Shown: in pieces, positions 13,255 to 26,369 of the stretch
Layout: each line of letters begins with the position of its first letter
Numbering within the stretch: the stretch's first letter is position 1
NCBI GenBank assembly: GCA_013265495.1
Contig: MU058065.1
Coordinates: 7,130,302 to 7,194,301 of the forward strand
Length of the DNA: 64,000 bases
DNA from: Vicugna vicugna
Taxonomy: Eukaryota
Direction of reading: 5' to 3'
The notes under the pieces: generated by a model
The model's database searches: none
Seen by the model: the letters and a program-made list of their open reading frames with translations, nothing else
What the model was told of the DNA's origin: nothing
Translations under genes and position numbers: made by a program

Positions 13255-14790
13255 GTTTTTAAAAATAGCTTTATTGAAGTATAATTGCATACAATCAACT
13301 GCATGTATTTATGGTGTACAAGTTGGCAAGTTTTGACACATGTATATACCTGTGAAACCACCACCATAATCAAGTTGTAAACATGACCATAATCCCTGAA
13401 GGTTTCTTTGTGGCCCTTGGCAAGCCTTTTCTCTGGCTCCTCTCCCCACTGCAATCACTGATCTGCTTCATGTCTCTATAGGTTAGTTCGAATTCCCTAG
13501 AATTTTATATGAATGGAATAATACATTACATATACTCTTGTCTGGCTGCTTTCACTCAGCCTACTTATTTTGGGATTCATCTCTGATGTACTGCATCTCA
13601 ATAGTTTGTTCCTTGTAAGTGCTAGTAGCGTGCCGCTGTATGGATATACCGCAGTTTGCTTATCCATTCACCTGTTGAAGGATTGTCTCAACTTTTTGGC
13701 TATTACAAATAAAGCTGCTGTGAAAATCCATGGACAATCCACGTGAACATATGCTTTTATTTTTCTTGGGTAAATACCCAAGAGTGGAATAGCTGGATCC
13801 CTGGGTATATATATTGAATTTTTTGAAGAAACTGCCAAGATGCTTTTGAAAGCGCTTGTCCTGTTTTACAATCCCACTGGTAGTTTAGGGGAGTTCCAGT
13901 TCCTCCACATCCTTGTCAACACCTGACATGGTCGATCTTTTCGATTTTAGCCATCCTAACATTTGTTCGGTATGTTAAAAGATGTGCTGAGATATATCAT
14001 CATTTTTAACAGTTTATTTGAGCAAAAACTGATTTGAATTTGGGCAGCATCAAATCAGAAGTGGTTCAGAGTGCTCCATTGATAGGAGTTCAGGGAGAGA
14101 CTTTTATAGAGAAAAATTTGAAGCAGAGTGAGGAAATGATTGATTGGCTATGCTTTAAACGCTAATTGGCTGTTGGTGTGATTGGCTGTCCTTTAGCATT
14201 TGGAATTCGTGACCCTGAGGCATTTACAGGCTTAGATTTTGATTTGCTTGCATAGGCTGCTAGGGTGTTAGAGCCGCCATAGTCTGGTGGACTCCTTTCT
14301 TCCATGCCAGACTCGACTTCCCATACGACAATAACAAGTGATTGTCATTGTGGTTTTAGTTTGCATTTCCCTAATGACTAATGATGTTGAACTTCTTTTC
14401 ATGTGCTTATTTGTCATCCATGTGTCTTCTTTGGGGGAAGTGTCTGTTCAATCCTTTTGCCTGTTTTATTTATTGGTTTGTTTATTTTCTTATGATTGAG
14501 TTTTGAGAGTTCTTGGTATAAATCTGTACTGATGTTCTTCAGCTGGTAAATAATTAACAAATATTTTCTCCCAATGTGTGGCTGATCTTTTTAATCCTGA
14601 TTTTGAAGAGCAGATATTTTTAATTCTGATGAAGCCCAGTTTATCAATTTGTTCTTTTATCATTTATAGTTTTGGTATTGCATGTAAGAAATCATGAAGT
14701 TTTTCTTCTATATTTTCTCTATATATGGTTTTATAGTTTCGTATTTTACACGTAGGTCTATAATTTATTTTGAGCTAATCTTTTTGCACG
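13255..14790 (-). mobile_element. Old L1M (L1MB/MC-like) 3' region, interrupted by a solo LTR
   Basis: agctttattgaagtataattgcatacaatcaactgc...ttcttgggtaaatacccaagagtggaatagctgg...ttgcatttccctaatgactaatgatgttg. Confidence 0.8.
13973..14336 (-). mobile_element. ERV1-class solo LTR (MER57/MER93-like)
   Basis: TG...CA ends (tgttaaaa...aataaca) and repeated gattggct (CCAAT on the minus strand). L1 sequence resumes on both sides. Confidence 0.6.
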
Positions 14791-14799
14791 GTGTGAGGT

Positions 14800-16650
14800 A
14801 CTGTTTCTGGTGCTTCTTATTCTTATGGGAAATTCATTTTCCATTCAGTTTTATTTTCCTTCTGCCGAATGGACTTTCTTTAACATTTCTCCTTGTATGA
14901 GTCCACTGGTTATGGATTCTTCCAGCTTTTTATGCCTGAAAACATACTTATTTCAAGATTTTCATTAAAAAAAAGATTTTCACTGGGTATAGAATCCCAG
15001 TTTTTCCTTTCAATACTTTGAGGATGTTCTACTGCCTTCTCACTTGCCTGTTTTGGATGAGACATCTACTCACATTGTGGTCTTTGTTTCTTTGTTTATA
15101 ATGTGTCTGCTTTTTTCTTGGACTGCTTTTAAGATCATCTCTTTGTTACCAGTTTTGAGCAATTTAATTATGTGGTGTGATTTTTCTTCACATTTCTTTT
15201 GCTTCCTATTTATTGGGCATTCTGTATATGTGGGTGTAGTTTTCATTAAATTTGGAAAACCTTTAGCTAGTATTTCCTCAAATATTTTTTCTGTCTCCTC
15301 TGCCCTGAGTTCTATGACTCCAATTGTACATATATTAGGCTGCTTGAAGGTGTCTCATAACTCATGACGCTCTGTCCATTTTTCCAAAACTATCTTTTCT
15401 AGAGGATGAGCAGCATTTGGACAGCATGAGAAAAAAATGATTCTTGTTTTAATCATCTGAGACTTTGTGGGTAGTAACTACAATCTCATATCAAAGAACC
15501 ACCTTTTAGCCCTCATTATCTTTTCTACTTGGTTATATAGATTGTATCAGTCAGAGTCTGGTCAAGAAAATGGAAAGCACTGTAGATATTTCAAGCAGGA
15601 GGGGATGTAATACAGAGAATCAGAGCCCTTACACAAAACCATTATAAGTGGGAGGAGAATAAAGGTCAGGGTAGGTTTTCATAGCATCCAGAAAATCAGG
15701 GAGTTCAAGGATTAGAACAAACTTGAACCAATGATCTCAGCTTCCTATAGCACCAGTGTTAGTGACTGTCAAAAGAATACTTAGAAACTTCTGGAAAAGC
15801 CTCATGTCTGCACTTTGCCAAAGCTTACATGCTTGCCTACAGCTGCTGTGTCAATGATAGCTTCTCCTTTTGTTCTGTTCTAAATATCAAGGAGGGCTCC
15901 TATTCCTGGAACCTAAACTAGACACCTGATGATGAAGCAGTTTGGAAAATGTAGCCTCCAGGCTTCTGGACCCCGTAAGAGTGGGGGGAATAGATGAGAG
16001 CTGGACTCTTGGCTACTAACCCAACAGAAAATCCTACACAAAGATTTAAGTTTATAGTCAAATGTAAATGGTTTTCATCGATCATGTGGAGTCAGTCCTG
16101 CTTTTGTAAAGTTGTTGTTGTCATTGTCATCCTCCTAAAAACTTCAAGTTCAAGAATCCCTCTAGATATCCTCACAGAAAGACATGTGGACAGGATAGAC
16201 CCTATTGCCTATCTGTTCCATCACTGAAGGGACAAAGCCTGGTGTGCAGCTTGCCTGCGGCCTGCTTAGAGAATGATGTTTTAATAGAGCTTCATTTCCA
16301 CCAAACCCCCAACAACGATCTTTTCTCTCTCTGGGTGTCTTTTTGGATAGTTCTTATTGCTGTGTCTTCAAGTTCACTAACCTTCTGCAGGGCCTGATTT
16401 CCCATAGACACTAACTGGTGTATTTTTTTATCTCTGACATTTTTGTTTTCATCTTTAGAAGTTTGATTTCAGTCTTTTAAAATATCTTACATGTTTCTGC
16501 TGAAGTTTTTAAACACATGGACTAAAGCTAGAATAACTGCTTCAATTTCCTTGTCTGCTAATTCTAACATCTGTGCCAGTTCCAGACAGGTTTCGGTAAG
16601 TTGATTGATCTCATTATGAGTAGTCTTTTCCTGCTTTTTTGAATGTGTGG
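14800..16650 (-). mobile_element. Old L1M internal fragments (about 14800-15400 and 16320-16650), with an LTR-like insert from about 15544
   Basis: ttcactgggtatagaatcc...aaatttggaaaacctttagctagtatttcctcaaatattttt...; ttcttattgctgtgtcttcaagttcactaa. Confidence 0.55.
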
Positions 16651-16759
16651 ATGTAGAAGTCACCTCAATCATTTCTTCACTGGAGTCTTTGAACCAATAG
16701 ATTAGATGTTGGTATCTAGTGGTCACAATATTGAATCAAGTTCGTGGAAGTGTTTTGTT

Positions 16760-17000
16760 TGTGCATGATGTTTTAAAAATGATCTCATGTGTTTCTTACT
16801 TACACTTAAAAAATCAAGAGATTTCATGTAAAACTATGCATTCCCTAAAAAAATAATCAGGATATCTTACAGCATGGCTGCCATTCGTGCTAGGGACAAA
16901 CAGCTGGAGAGCGGCCACCCTCTTTAGGTGGACGGGAGTTTTCAGTAGCCTTCATATTTACATCACCTAACTGGTGGCATTTTAGTTTGAGTAGCTCTTG
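16760..17000. mobile_element. MER102-like hAT-Charlie element
   Basis: ttaaaaaatcaagagatttcatgtaaaa...cagctggagagcggccaccctctttagg. Confidence 0.45.
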
Positions 17001-17400
17001 TCCAAGATCGATTTTTCAGAAGCAGCCCCTGGGATAAGCATTAATGCACAAGTGATTTATTAACAAAAGGTTCCCAGTAGAAACTTGAAGGGGAGTGGGG
17101 CATGCAGGACAGAGAGGAAGGAGTCGAGCAAGCAGGAAATTTCAGGCAAAGATGTGTGGAGGAGAATTTAGCTTGATTCCCTCCGAGGAATGAAGGAGTG
17201 AGATGTATGCCTCAGAGTTTGTCCCAGCTGAAGGTCAGGGACCCAGACTTTCTTTCATACTTCTTCTCCAGTAAATCAGATAATGCCTCTCACACCTAGC
17301 AAGGTGGGCAAAGGAGGGCAAAATGGGAAAGGCATTAGGGTTAAGCATCTGCCTTGTCAGCTCCATGCTCTTCCATCTGTGCCAAAGAGGCTGTGCAGGA
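17000..17400 (-). mobile_element. ERVL LTR (LTR16-like)
   Basis: cagaagcagcccctgggataagcattaatgcacaagtgatttatt...ggggagtggggcatgcaggacag. Confidence 0.45.
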
Positions 17401-18409
17401 GCCACCTGGGAGCCTCTAGAGATCCTGGCTGGGATAAGAACCAAAGAGGATACTGTGTTTATGGGATCAAAATCGTGAGCCTGAAACTCCTTCATCCTGA
17501 CGATGCCACAGCTCCTTCATCTCCAAGACTTTATTGGTGGGAAGATGAATTAGATCACTAATGGAGGCCCATTTTATAGACAAGGAAACTTGGGTGTAAT
17601 AAGGGGAAGGGACTTATCCAAGGACTGCTAGCTCCTCCTGTTGGAAAGCTTAGCTGATGTCACGGCACACATTGCCTCACTCTGAGGAGACATCACACAC
17701 ATTTAGTATCACTGCAGTCCTAGGAATCTCTAGGGAAGGGAACCTAGTTGACTCGCATTCATTCACTCACTCTTTCATCATTCACTCATTCACTTGCTCG
17801 TAAACATTTATTGAGCTAAGCAACGTGTTCTGAAGAACAGTTTGAATGAGTGTATTTTGAGCCATTTATAAAACAGTGCCTCCTCACGACTCTTCCCTGA
17901 CTCACTGCTCCCAGTTCTTAGGATGAAATCAGGCAGTCCACTACTGTTGACTCCCAATTCCTTCAAATGTCACAGCTGGAGGATTCAGACCCTTGTCCTT
18001 TTAATCTGTGCCTAGGGAGACAGTTCTGTGCCTTCAGCTACAGACCTGGGAGCCCTGAGCTCAGGCATGTGAGCTGAAGTCAGGAAGGCAGGAGACCAGG
18101 AGCTTCTAGTCTTTGGCAGTCACAAGTGCCTACAACGGGGTGAGCAGAGGGAAATAAGGGAACAAGAAAGCCCTTTTGCTTGGCCACGCCAACCTCCCCA
18201 CATAGAGATGTGGGAGATGTGGGAGTAAGTGTAAGTGGCACATCTCCCCTTTGGGATCTGGAGCTCTGCAGGAGCCGGCTGGATGGGGACCACAGGGAGA
18301 GACTGGGGGTGCTGGGGTAGGCAAGAGAAAGAGAAGATGCAGCTGGTGGGGGTGGGTACTGATGCTCTGGTCATCGTCCAGCTTGAAGTCTGCTCCTGGG
18401 AGCTAAGAA

Positions 18410-18540
18410 CTGGAGGAGAGACAGAGAGAGAGGAGAGGACAGGAGGAGAGAGAAGGGAGGAAAAAGGGAGTGAGGGAAAGGGAGAGAGAAAGGCAGTAGA
18501 GGAAGAGGAAGAGACACAGAGAGAAAGAGAAAGAGAAAGT
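18410..18540 (+). repeat. Purine-rich (GA) low-complexity tract
   Basis: About 130 nt that is almost entirely G/A. Confidence 0.85.
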
Positions 18541-19039
18541 GTGTGGATGGGATGGGGGAGGATGCTGCCAAGGGGGTACCCTGGTTTGGAAATTCTAGGT
18601 GGGTCGCGACTCTGGAGTGTGGTGAAATCTCTTCAGGGTCTCAAGAAGCTAACAGTAGGCCCGTGCCAGGCCATAATAACAGCCTCTCGGTGGTGGCTCT
18701 AACCCGCTCCCGCTCTCAACTCCTAGGAACACTAAATTCACTCAGGCCCAAAATGCAGTCTGGCTACAGCTCGCGCAGCCTAATAGCTACCGTTGTATTT
18801 GTGCTGCCCGCAAGCATCATGGCAATTAAGAAAGTCATCCGTTGCGATTGATCAGGGGCTGCAGTTTAAGGGTTGGAGCCTGGAGCCCTCCAATGGGACG
18901 CAAGTGAGTGGGGGAGGAGTGTTGTTTCCTAGGAGAGAGGCCCCTGCCTTCAGCTGGCAGACCCCAAGTGTGGACAAAGGCTGCTGTGGGCTTGTGGGAA
19001 GGGAGGAGGAGATGGGCCGACGAGGGTCCTTGCTTGTGT

Positions 19040-19375
19040 AGAGGACACGTGCACATCTCACAGGCTGGTGTGCACATACGTACACGCATGCAGCCCCACC
19101 TGGAACACATACCTCAGATGTGCTGGGGTGAAATATATGATGAGCACACGTGCACACATGCACACACGCACACATGCACAAATGCACACACAACAGCTCC
19201 ATGCCCATGCCTCCAAGTGCACACACTCATGGGCTCAGAATGGCATTTGTACCAAGTTTGCGTGTTCTGGATGCATTTATTTAGGTAAACCCACAGGCAC
19301 TCTCACAGACACATACACGTGGATAAAAGGATGGATACATTCAGGCTCATACACACAGGAGCATGCACACACATG
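19040..19375 (+). repeat. Degenerate (CA)/(CACATG)-like low-complexity tract
   Basis: gcacacgtgcacacatgcacacacgcacacatgcacaaatgcacaca... Confidence 0.7.
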
Positions 19376-20669
19376 TATCCTTATCTTTTAATCCAAAATC
19401 CAAAAGCAAGACAGCTCCGAAGACCATTAAATTATGCATACTCTAGACGCCAACCTTCTTTCATGGCCATGAATCAGAATGGACTTAGAGACTGAGGCTG
19501 ACACATTTGTCTGGTGGAAGAGAGAAAAGAGTTGGAAGAGAGAGTTGTCCTTTCTTTGTTCTGTCTTGAGCCATGGCCAGCATCACTTAGGTGGTTGAAA
19601 AACAGTTGTTGGTGGATGGCATCTTTCCAGGAGCCCTGCCGCCAGCCACTTGACCCTGTGGCCACCGATGCCACACCGATGAGTTTTAGGCTTTCTGGGA
19701 AGGAAATTTCAAAATCTCCTTGATGCCGCGAAAGCAGAGGGACACTCCTCACTCCCCGAAATAGTCTCTCCTGCAATCTGCCCAGAGTAGGGGACTGAAT
19801 TGAATGAGTTAGAGGGCTGTGTACGGTGACTTGGCGAACTCAATTGTCTTATTTTTGAAATTGAGCTGAGAAATGTTTTCATCCTTTTCTGAGGTTTGGG
19901 GTTTCTCTCTCTCTCTGCCTCCCTCACCCCTATTTCCTGCACTGTTATTAGGGGAAGAAAATTGGTGACCAGGTCCATTTTGAGGACGTATCCCGGAATA
20001 AGTGTGCCGTAACACACAGGGAGTGCAAATGAAAAACAGGAAATCAAGTTGCAAGGGCTTGTTTGAAACCGGCACACTCTGCAGCAAAGTTTTCTGCCAG
20101 AAGATCCACAGATAGCACCCATGGCCCACAACACCGCTTCCCTCTGTGTCTGGTTGAGAATGGGGCTGCTGCCACTGGCCTGATCCGTCTCCTGTGGTGG
20201 GGATGGTGACCTTCCCCATCAGACCCCAAGACCAAGTTCAGTGCATTTGCTGTTTGCTCCACGTGGCACATTCTGGAAGCCAGCAGCCTCTGACCACTGT
20301 CCCACTGCTGTGGTCCATGGAGCCAGGGCTCTGTTGGAAACCTGACAAGAACATTTGTTTTGGAGGCTTTTGGCTATTTAGATTTGGGTCAGAAGTGGCT
20401 TCAAGAAGCCTGATTGATTTAAGTTTTTTCATTGTAACTTGAACACTATCCTCACCTCAATATTTCAGTTTCTCTTAATTGACAATAAAATGTGCTAGAA
20501 GGTCCAGAACATTTGAGTGCTGGGGTTCTCAGGGTTCCCAGTAAGAGGATAGGATGTTATTGAAGGATGCTGACACCAACCACAAAAGAGCCTCTTCTGC
20601 AGCTCCTGGGACTGGCACGGGTGGGACAGAAGTGGCAAAGGATGCCTTGGAGTGTGGGTCCTCTAAGGC

Positions 20670-20790
20670 AGAGGCTCCCCAAGAGCCATTCTGGTGCTTA
20701 GAGGCAATGACAGTGAGCTACTGCAATATTTAAAGGGCTTTCCCCTTGGACAAGGGATCAAGGTTATTCTGTATATGCTATGGTCTCTAA
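20670..20790 (+). mobile_element. CR1/L3 LINE 3' fragment
   Basis: caatatttaaagggctttccccttggacaagggatcaaggttattctg resembles CR1 aaatatttgaagggctgtc...gagggattagacttgttctg. Confidence 0.45.
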
Positions 20791-23700
20791 AGAATGATAC
20801 ATATTGGAGAGGAAAAAAGAAACAGCGTGTACATATTTTTCAAAGAAAAGCACACGTGCGGAGAGTGGAAAATAAAAGAAACCAACAACCCAACCCGAAG
20901 GGAGATGTGAACTTGAGCGCCGGAGCTGGAGCCAGGACAGGAAGTGGGCTTGGCCGGCACGAGGGGCATATGCCGCACGGAAAACCACCCTGGGCCCGGG
21001 CTCCCTGTCCTCCTAATTCCCTCAGCCTCCAGCCCCTCCTGACCCTGGGAACAATGCAGCTCTGTGCTGAAGGGTTTCCAGCCCGAGCAGCCGAGACTGT
21101 GCCTTTTGTGATGGCCTGGGAGAGGAAGAACGGACGTCTGCTTGTGTGAATCACTCACGTCACATGGCCGGGCCGGCTGCAGCGGCTCCCTGGGGCCACG
21201 CAAGGGCACACGGGGAGCGTGGCCTGAGCCCACGCCTGGAGAGCCAGCTGCAGGGTGCCCTGTTCTGAACTCAGCAGGCAGGGAGAGGACGGAGAATGGG
21301 GTGGGGGTGGGAGGAGCTCTGGCACAGCAAGGGCCATTGAGGACATTGGTGCCCCGGTGCAGGCTCTGGGCCCCAGGGCATCTTCCTCCAAATCCCAGAT
21401 CAGTTGCAGGGTCTGTGTCTGATGTTCTTACGTCACAGAATGTCTAGTTCATCCCTGAAGCCTGCAGGACCCCGGCTCCTTCCTTGGTTCAGGCAGGTCA
21501 AGACCCCCTCTGCTGAGGGGACTTTCCCCAAGGACTGGCGCATGTCCAGAGTATGGAGAAATCATCCTTCTGGAGCAGAGAGGATACAGTGAGTCTGGCA
21601 GGAGCCTGGGGCTGCTCTGTTTCCCAGAACTATCTGGATTCTGGCTTCAAAGTCAGAAACGCCCTGGCCTGCCTGCTGGCTCCTCAGAGGGCAGACTGGA
21701 GATGGTGAGCATCGGGCCAGGCGGAAGATTTAGGCCTGGCAGAACAGATCGCTAAGGGTGAGGGCAGTACTCGGTCCCTGCTTCAACTTGGAGGGGGCTT
21801 GCACTGCGAGGAGACAGGGGAATGAATCCGAAGACCCTGGGCAGTCTGAATTAAATTTGCCTGCCCCAGCCCAGCCTGGGTGTCTTCTCCCCAGTGCCCT
21901 GAAGAGGGCAGTGTGGTATCGCAGGCAGGATTCTGCTGCCTCAGCCACTTTTCTTTCCACTCCACTGCCTTCCTAATCTTTTCAAATCAGAGCTGCTCAG
22001 ACACATACAACCTGAGCCCAGCTTGAATGACGTGGATTTAGCCTGCTCTGGGCTCCCTTCACCGAGAGAAGCCCCCCCGGCCTTGGATTTGCTCGGAGAA
22101 AATGCCTAACTCTCCCCAAAGCCTAAGGGCGTCTGTGTCGATGGGCAGAATCTGGTTGTACATATGGCCTTAATGGTTTTCCAGACACACTCTCAACTGC
22201 TCTCACAACAGTTCTGAGAGGTCGGTAGCGGGCTCCATTTTATAAAAGAGGACTGAGATCCAAAGAGGTGAAGTGCCAGGCTGAGTGGTTCGGCTGTTAA
22301 GAGGCGGGGACGCTGTCTACACTGTCTTCTACCCCTCAGTCCAGGGCCCATTTCAGCCCTCTCTGGGGCCTTTGAAATTCACCCAGCACCACCCGTATCC
22401 CCTAGCTACCTTCTTCCTCTGTGTGATTGTATTCTGTCCCAAGAGAGAGGTGTGAAGAGACCTCTACTCTTGCAGATTCTTGTGCTACGCTCTGCCCAAC
22501 TGTATAACCCTGGGCAAGTCACTTCCCCTCTCTGCAATATGCTTTCTCCATCAGGAAAATGAGGGTTTTGGATCAGATTGTCTCTAAGGTGGCTTGGAAT
22601 CTTGACTGTTTTTGGTTCCATGCTTGGGCTGTGTTGCCAATGACAAGTTAGCTGATCGAATTGAAGAATAAAACTTTGAAAGATATGTTGGGATGGAGAT
22701 GCTATGTGAATTCGAACTATGTATCTGACCAAATTCTTACATTTCAACTGGTTATTTCCATGAGGTGGATGCAACCTCCTAGGTGAGTCAGATAAAACCA
22801 CTTGGGATGTCCCTCATGCTGACAAGTGACACAGACAATGATGTCAGTGAACACAGATGATGGTCAGTGACCATGCCCCGTGGAGCTCACACTCAGAAGC
22901 TCCATGGGTTGCCGGGGGAGGTAGCACATTCCTCTGGGAGTCTTGCTATTTCTGCACAGTCTCTCCAGCAGCCATTTCCAGCCCAGACAGTTTGGAGGGA
23001 ACACAGGCTACCTCTGTGGCTGCCTCAGAAGATCTGCTCTTTTCCAAGAAGTGAACATTGGATAAGGAGGCAAACTCTCCAAGGCACACCCAGGGTTAAA
23101 CCTACAAGAAATACCTGAAAGAGTGGAGGGTCAGAGCTTGCAAGTCAGGATTCCTTTGTAACATCTCCAACCACCATTACTTGAGGACTAAGTCAGCTAG
23201 GGGAATACCGTTAACATTCCCATTTTACAGATGAAGCAACTGAGGCCCAGAGAGGTCAAATAATGAGTCCAAGGTCATCTGGCTCAGCAGAGGTAGAGTT
23301 AGGACTGCAAAGCATACACCCTTAATCACTGCTCTGGGCTGTGGCTGTCTCCCTGGACCAGAAATTAGGAGATATCATCTCAAAAGTATGAATGTGCTTG
23401 TGAGGTATCTGGGGAAGAACACCTGCTATCCACACTGTTCCCAGAAATCTGGGTTGTTACTTGTCTGTATCTCTCTCTCTCATCTATCCACCTATCATCT
23501 CTCTCTCTCTCTGTTTATCTATCTATCTTTTTTCCTTTCCTTCCCTCCTCTGGAATCCCCCAAGCAGGAAGTATAAAAAGGCCTGAAGTTGGTCACAATT
23601 TTGCCATCAGTGTTCTTCTGATAGTCCTGCAGTGTGGGAAGGGTTGGTAGCCCTGAGATGTGGGAGCTGAGACCTGGAGAAGGTCAGTGACTTGTTCAAG

Positions 23701-24789
23701 GCCCCACAGCTGGTTGGTGACTGGCCTGGGATAAGAACCAAGATCTCCTGATTCCTGGTCATAGTGTCCTGTTGACCACGATAAGACCCCCTGGGAAGAG
23801 AGTGCTGGCTTGGCCAGTGGGACTGGCAGGTGCTGGTTTCCCAGCTATAGGGATCTCAGCCTCTGGGTACTTTGAGCTCCTGGGAGTTCTGTGCAAATCT
23901 GCACCCAGAGGTTCAACTCTGCCCTCTGCCAGGAACAGCACAGGAGTTCGGTCCTAATGCAGGTTCTGATGGGAGGTTTTGCAGGATTTAGCCTGCACTT
24001 CAGGTCTGGTGTGTGGAGGAATGGGCTTTCCTGAAAGCTGAGTCAAGGCTGAGAGTCAGGCGGGGGTGCTTAGCTTTGTGCTTCCAACCAGAGCTGCCCA
24101 CCACACTGTCACTGCAACTGGGCTGTCCGGCGGCAGCTGAGGACAGCAAGAGCCCATGGAAGGGGGACTTGGGTGAGGGCTGAATGGCATTTACACGGGG
24201 TTTCATGCCACAGAGGCGTGGCATGGCTTAGATTCCTGAGAAATGGTTCCACTCAGTCTGGATGGCTTAAGGAAAAGCCTTTCCTGGAGGCAGGGGTCTA
24301 GACATAATGATTTTTAGAGATTATTTTCTACTTAAAATTTTCCTTCTTCTGACTAGTTTTGCTTTTATGCTTAAAAATTGCCATGTTTAAATGCCTATAA
24401 TATAAAACTTCGACAAGACTACCTTCTTAAGTCACCCCTGCTACTCCCTTCCTCAGGCGTCCATCTTCCTCTTGTTTCTATTTTTTTTCACCCCTTTGAA
24501 CACCTGTGTGACCTTGGGATGTCCCTTGTATTACAGGTAGTAGTTACCAGAGCATGGGTTGTACCTTCCTTAGAGCTGAGTTCCAGTTTCAGCAGGTTGG
24601 CTCCAGCCAGCTGTGTGAACCTGATCACTCAACATTTCTGAACCTCGATTTATTTCCCTGTAAGATGGGGATAATGGTATCTAACTCGCCTAGTTGTGGT
24701 GAAGATCTACGGAGGGTCTTTTAAGTTCTTAGAACATAGCAAGTCTCCGTATCTGCTGGAATGGCACAGTTGGGTGAGTGAGGAAGAGA

Positions 24790-25240
24790 GTTCTACAGAA
24801 TTTGAGAAGACTTGATTTTAGTCCCAAAGGAACTGAGTTCTTCCAATGTGACGTGTGAATCTGTGGATTAACAGATGTGGCTTTGGGACGCTTATGGCCA
24901 GTGCCTGTTCTGGAATGTGAGTTTGAGTGCTTGGGGATGATGGCATTTGACGTGGGCGTGTGGGATAAAGGAGGTATCTGAGAAGGTTCCCCAGAATCAG
25001 GGATTCAATACCATTTGAGCGTCTTAGGTAGCAGGAAGCTGGAGGACTAGTCCACTATGTGGGATGGTCTGAGAAAGCACTGGAAGGCTAGAGCATGGAA
25101 TCATGTAGCATTTGTCTTTGTAGGGGTGGAGGTGGTCTTTTATGGCCCTTTAAAAGAAATTCAAGATGGTGGGGGAGGCTAGGAGATGGAATGCTTTGAA
25201 TCTCCATCTGTAGAAGATTTAATTTAGGCTGAAAGAGGCT
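24790..25240 (+). mobile_element. Highly diverged CR1/L3 3' fragment
   Basis: Ends gaatctccatctgtagaagatttaatttaggctg, similar to the CR1 3' terminus. Confidence 0.35.
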
Positions 25241-26369
25241 TTGGCTAATGGCAGAGGATTCAGTAAAATTTGGGGAGGGTGGGATGAAAGGGGAGGTAGA
25301 TGGGATGATGGAATTCTACCAGCTTTTGCTTATGAGAGCACACCCACCTCAAAGAACATCTTAAAATGGCTTATTTGTTTAATTTTTTCATTGCTTTGAT
25401 GTTTCAGACAGCATACCAGACTCAACTTAGCCTCAGCAAACACTTTGCTCCAGATGATCTGTGTCTCCATGTCACACCCCCTCTGAGCCCTGCTGCCCAT
25501 GCAGATGGGCAATCTGAAGTACTGGAGAAGCCACTTTTGAAGTGAGCACCATGGGGATCATCAGAGAGCCCCATGGGTGCAGCAAGGTCAGGGGTAGTCT
25601 GCTGGCAACACTCAGGCACCAGCTTTCTTACCCTTAGCAACATCTGGTGGCTATGACCTTCTCATAGCCTCCTGGAGGGTAGCTGCTATGGAGAGGAGGA
25701 GACCAGATGATTGGTGTCTTGCATTTGTATCCTGTGTCCCAGCATGATCTTCAGGATTTCTGTGCGACTCATCCTAAGCCATGTGAGCCTGGGATGGGCT
25801 TTTCTAGGGATAAGCAGATTGGGTGTTATTCATTTAGATTTAAGTTGTCTGAAAGTCCTGTAGGCTTTGCAGTCTATTCCCCTGTGAAGGGAGATACCCT
25901 ACTCTTGTGCCCAGAACTTGAAAGGGACTTTGGGTATGGTCACCTCCCTAATGTTTTCTTTCTTATCTGGTACAACAACAAGAATTTTGGCCATCTTTGG
26001 GCTCTTGGTTGAGACTTGAACTGTGCTACTGGCACTACCACTTTGGATGACACTGAAAGGGTTCTTGGCCCCAGGTTCTAACTGGAAAAGGCACAGGAAA
26101 TTGTCCAAAGCAAAGTCACCTTCCAACAGCTTATTTTCTCCCCTGGATTTTTGGCCTTTCCATGTTACTTCCAATTCTTGCTCATTTATCTGAGCAGACT
26201 CCACGTTGTCTTTTTCCTACTCTCTTTTTTCTACTAACTAACAATGATTAAGGTTGATCTTATCTCACAAGTGCAAAAGAAAAGGAATTCTCATACCACT
26301 CTTACCAAAGCCAAGTTCACCAAGTAAACTTGGGTATAGTTAAGATATAAGGAAAAGAATGACAATACT

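Noticed and set aside
18235..18702. 155-aa E/R/G-rich ORF
   Set aside because: Arises from the GA low-complexity tract.
21887..21912. CTCF-like motif / hairpin tgccctgaagagggca
   Set aside because: Two mismatches in the CTCF core and only a short stem; expected by chance.
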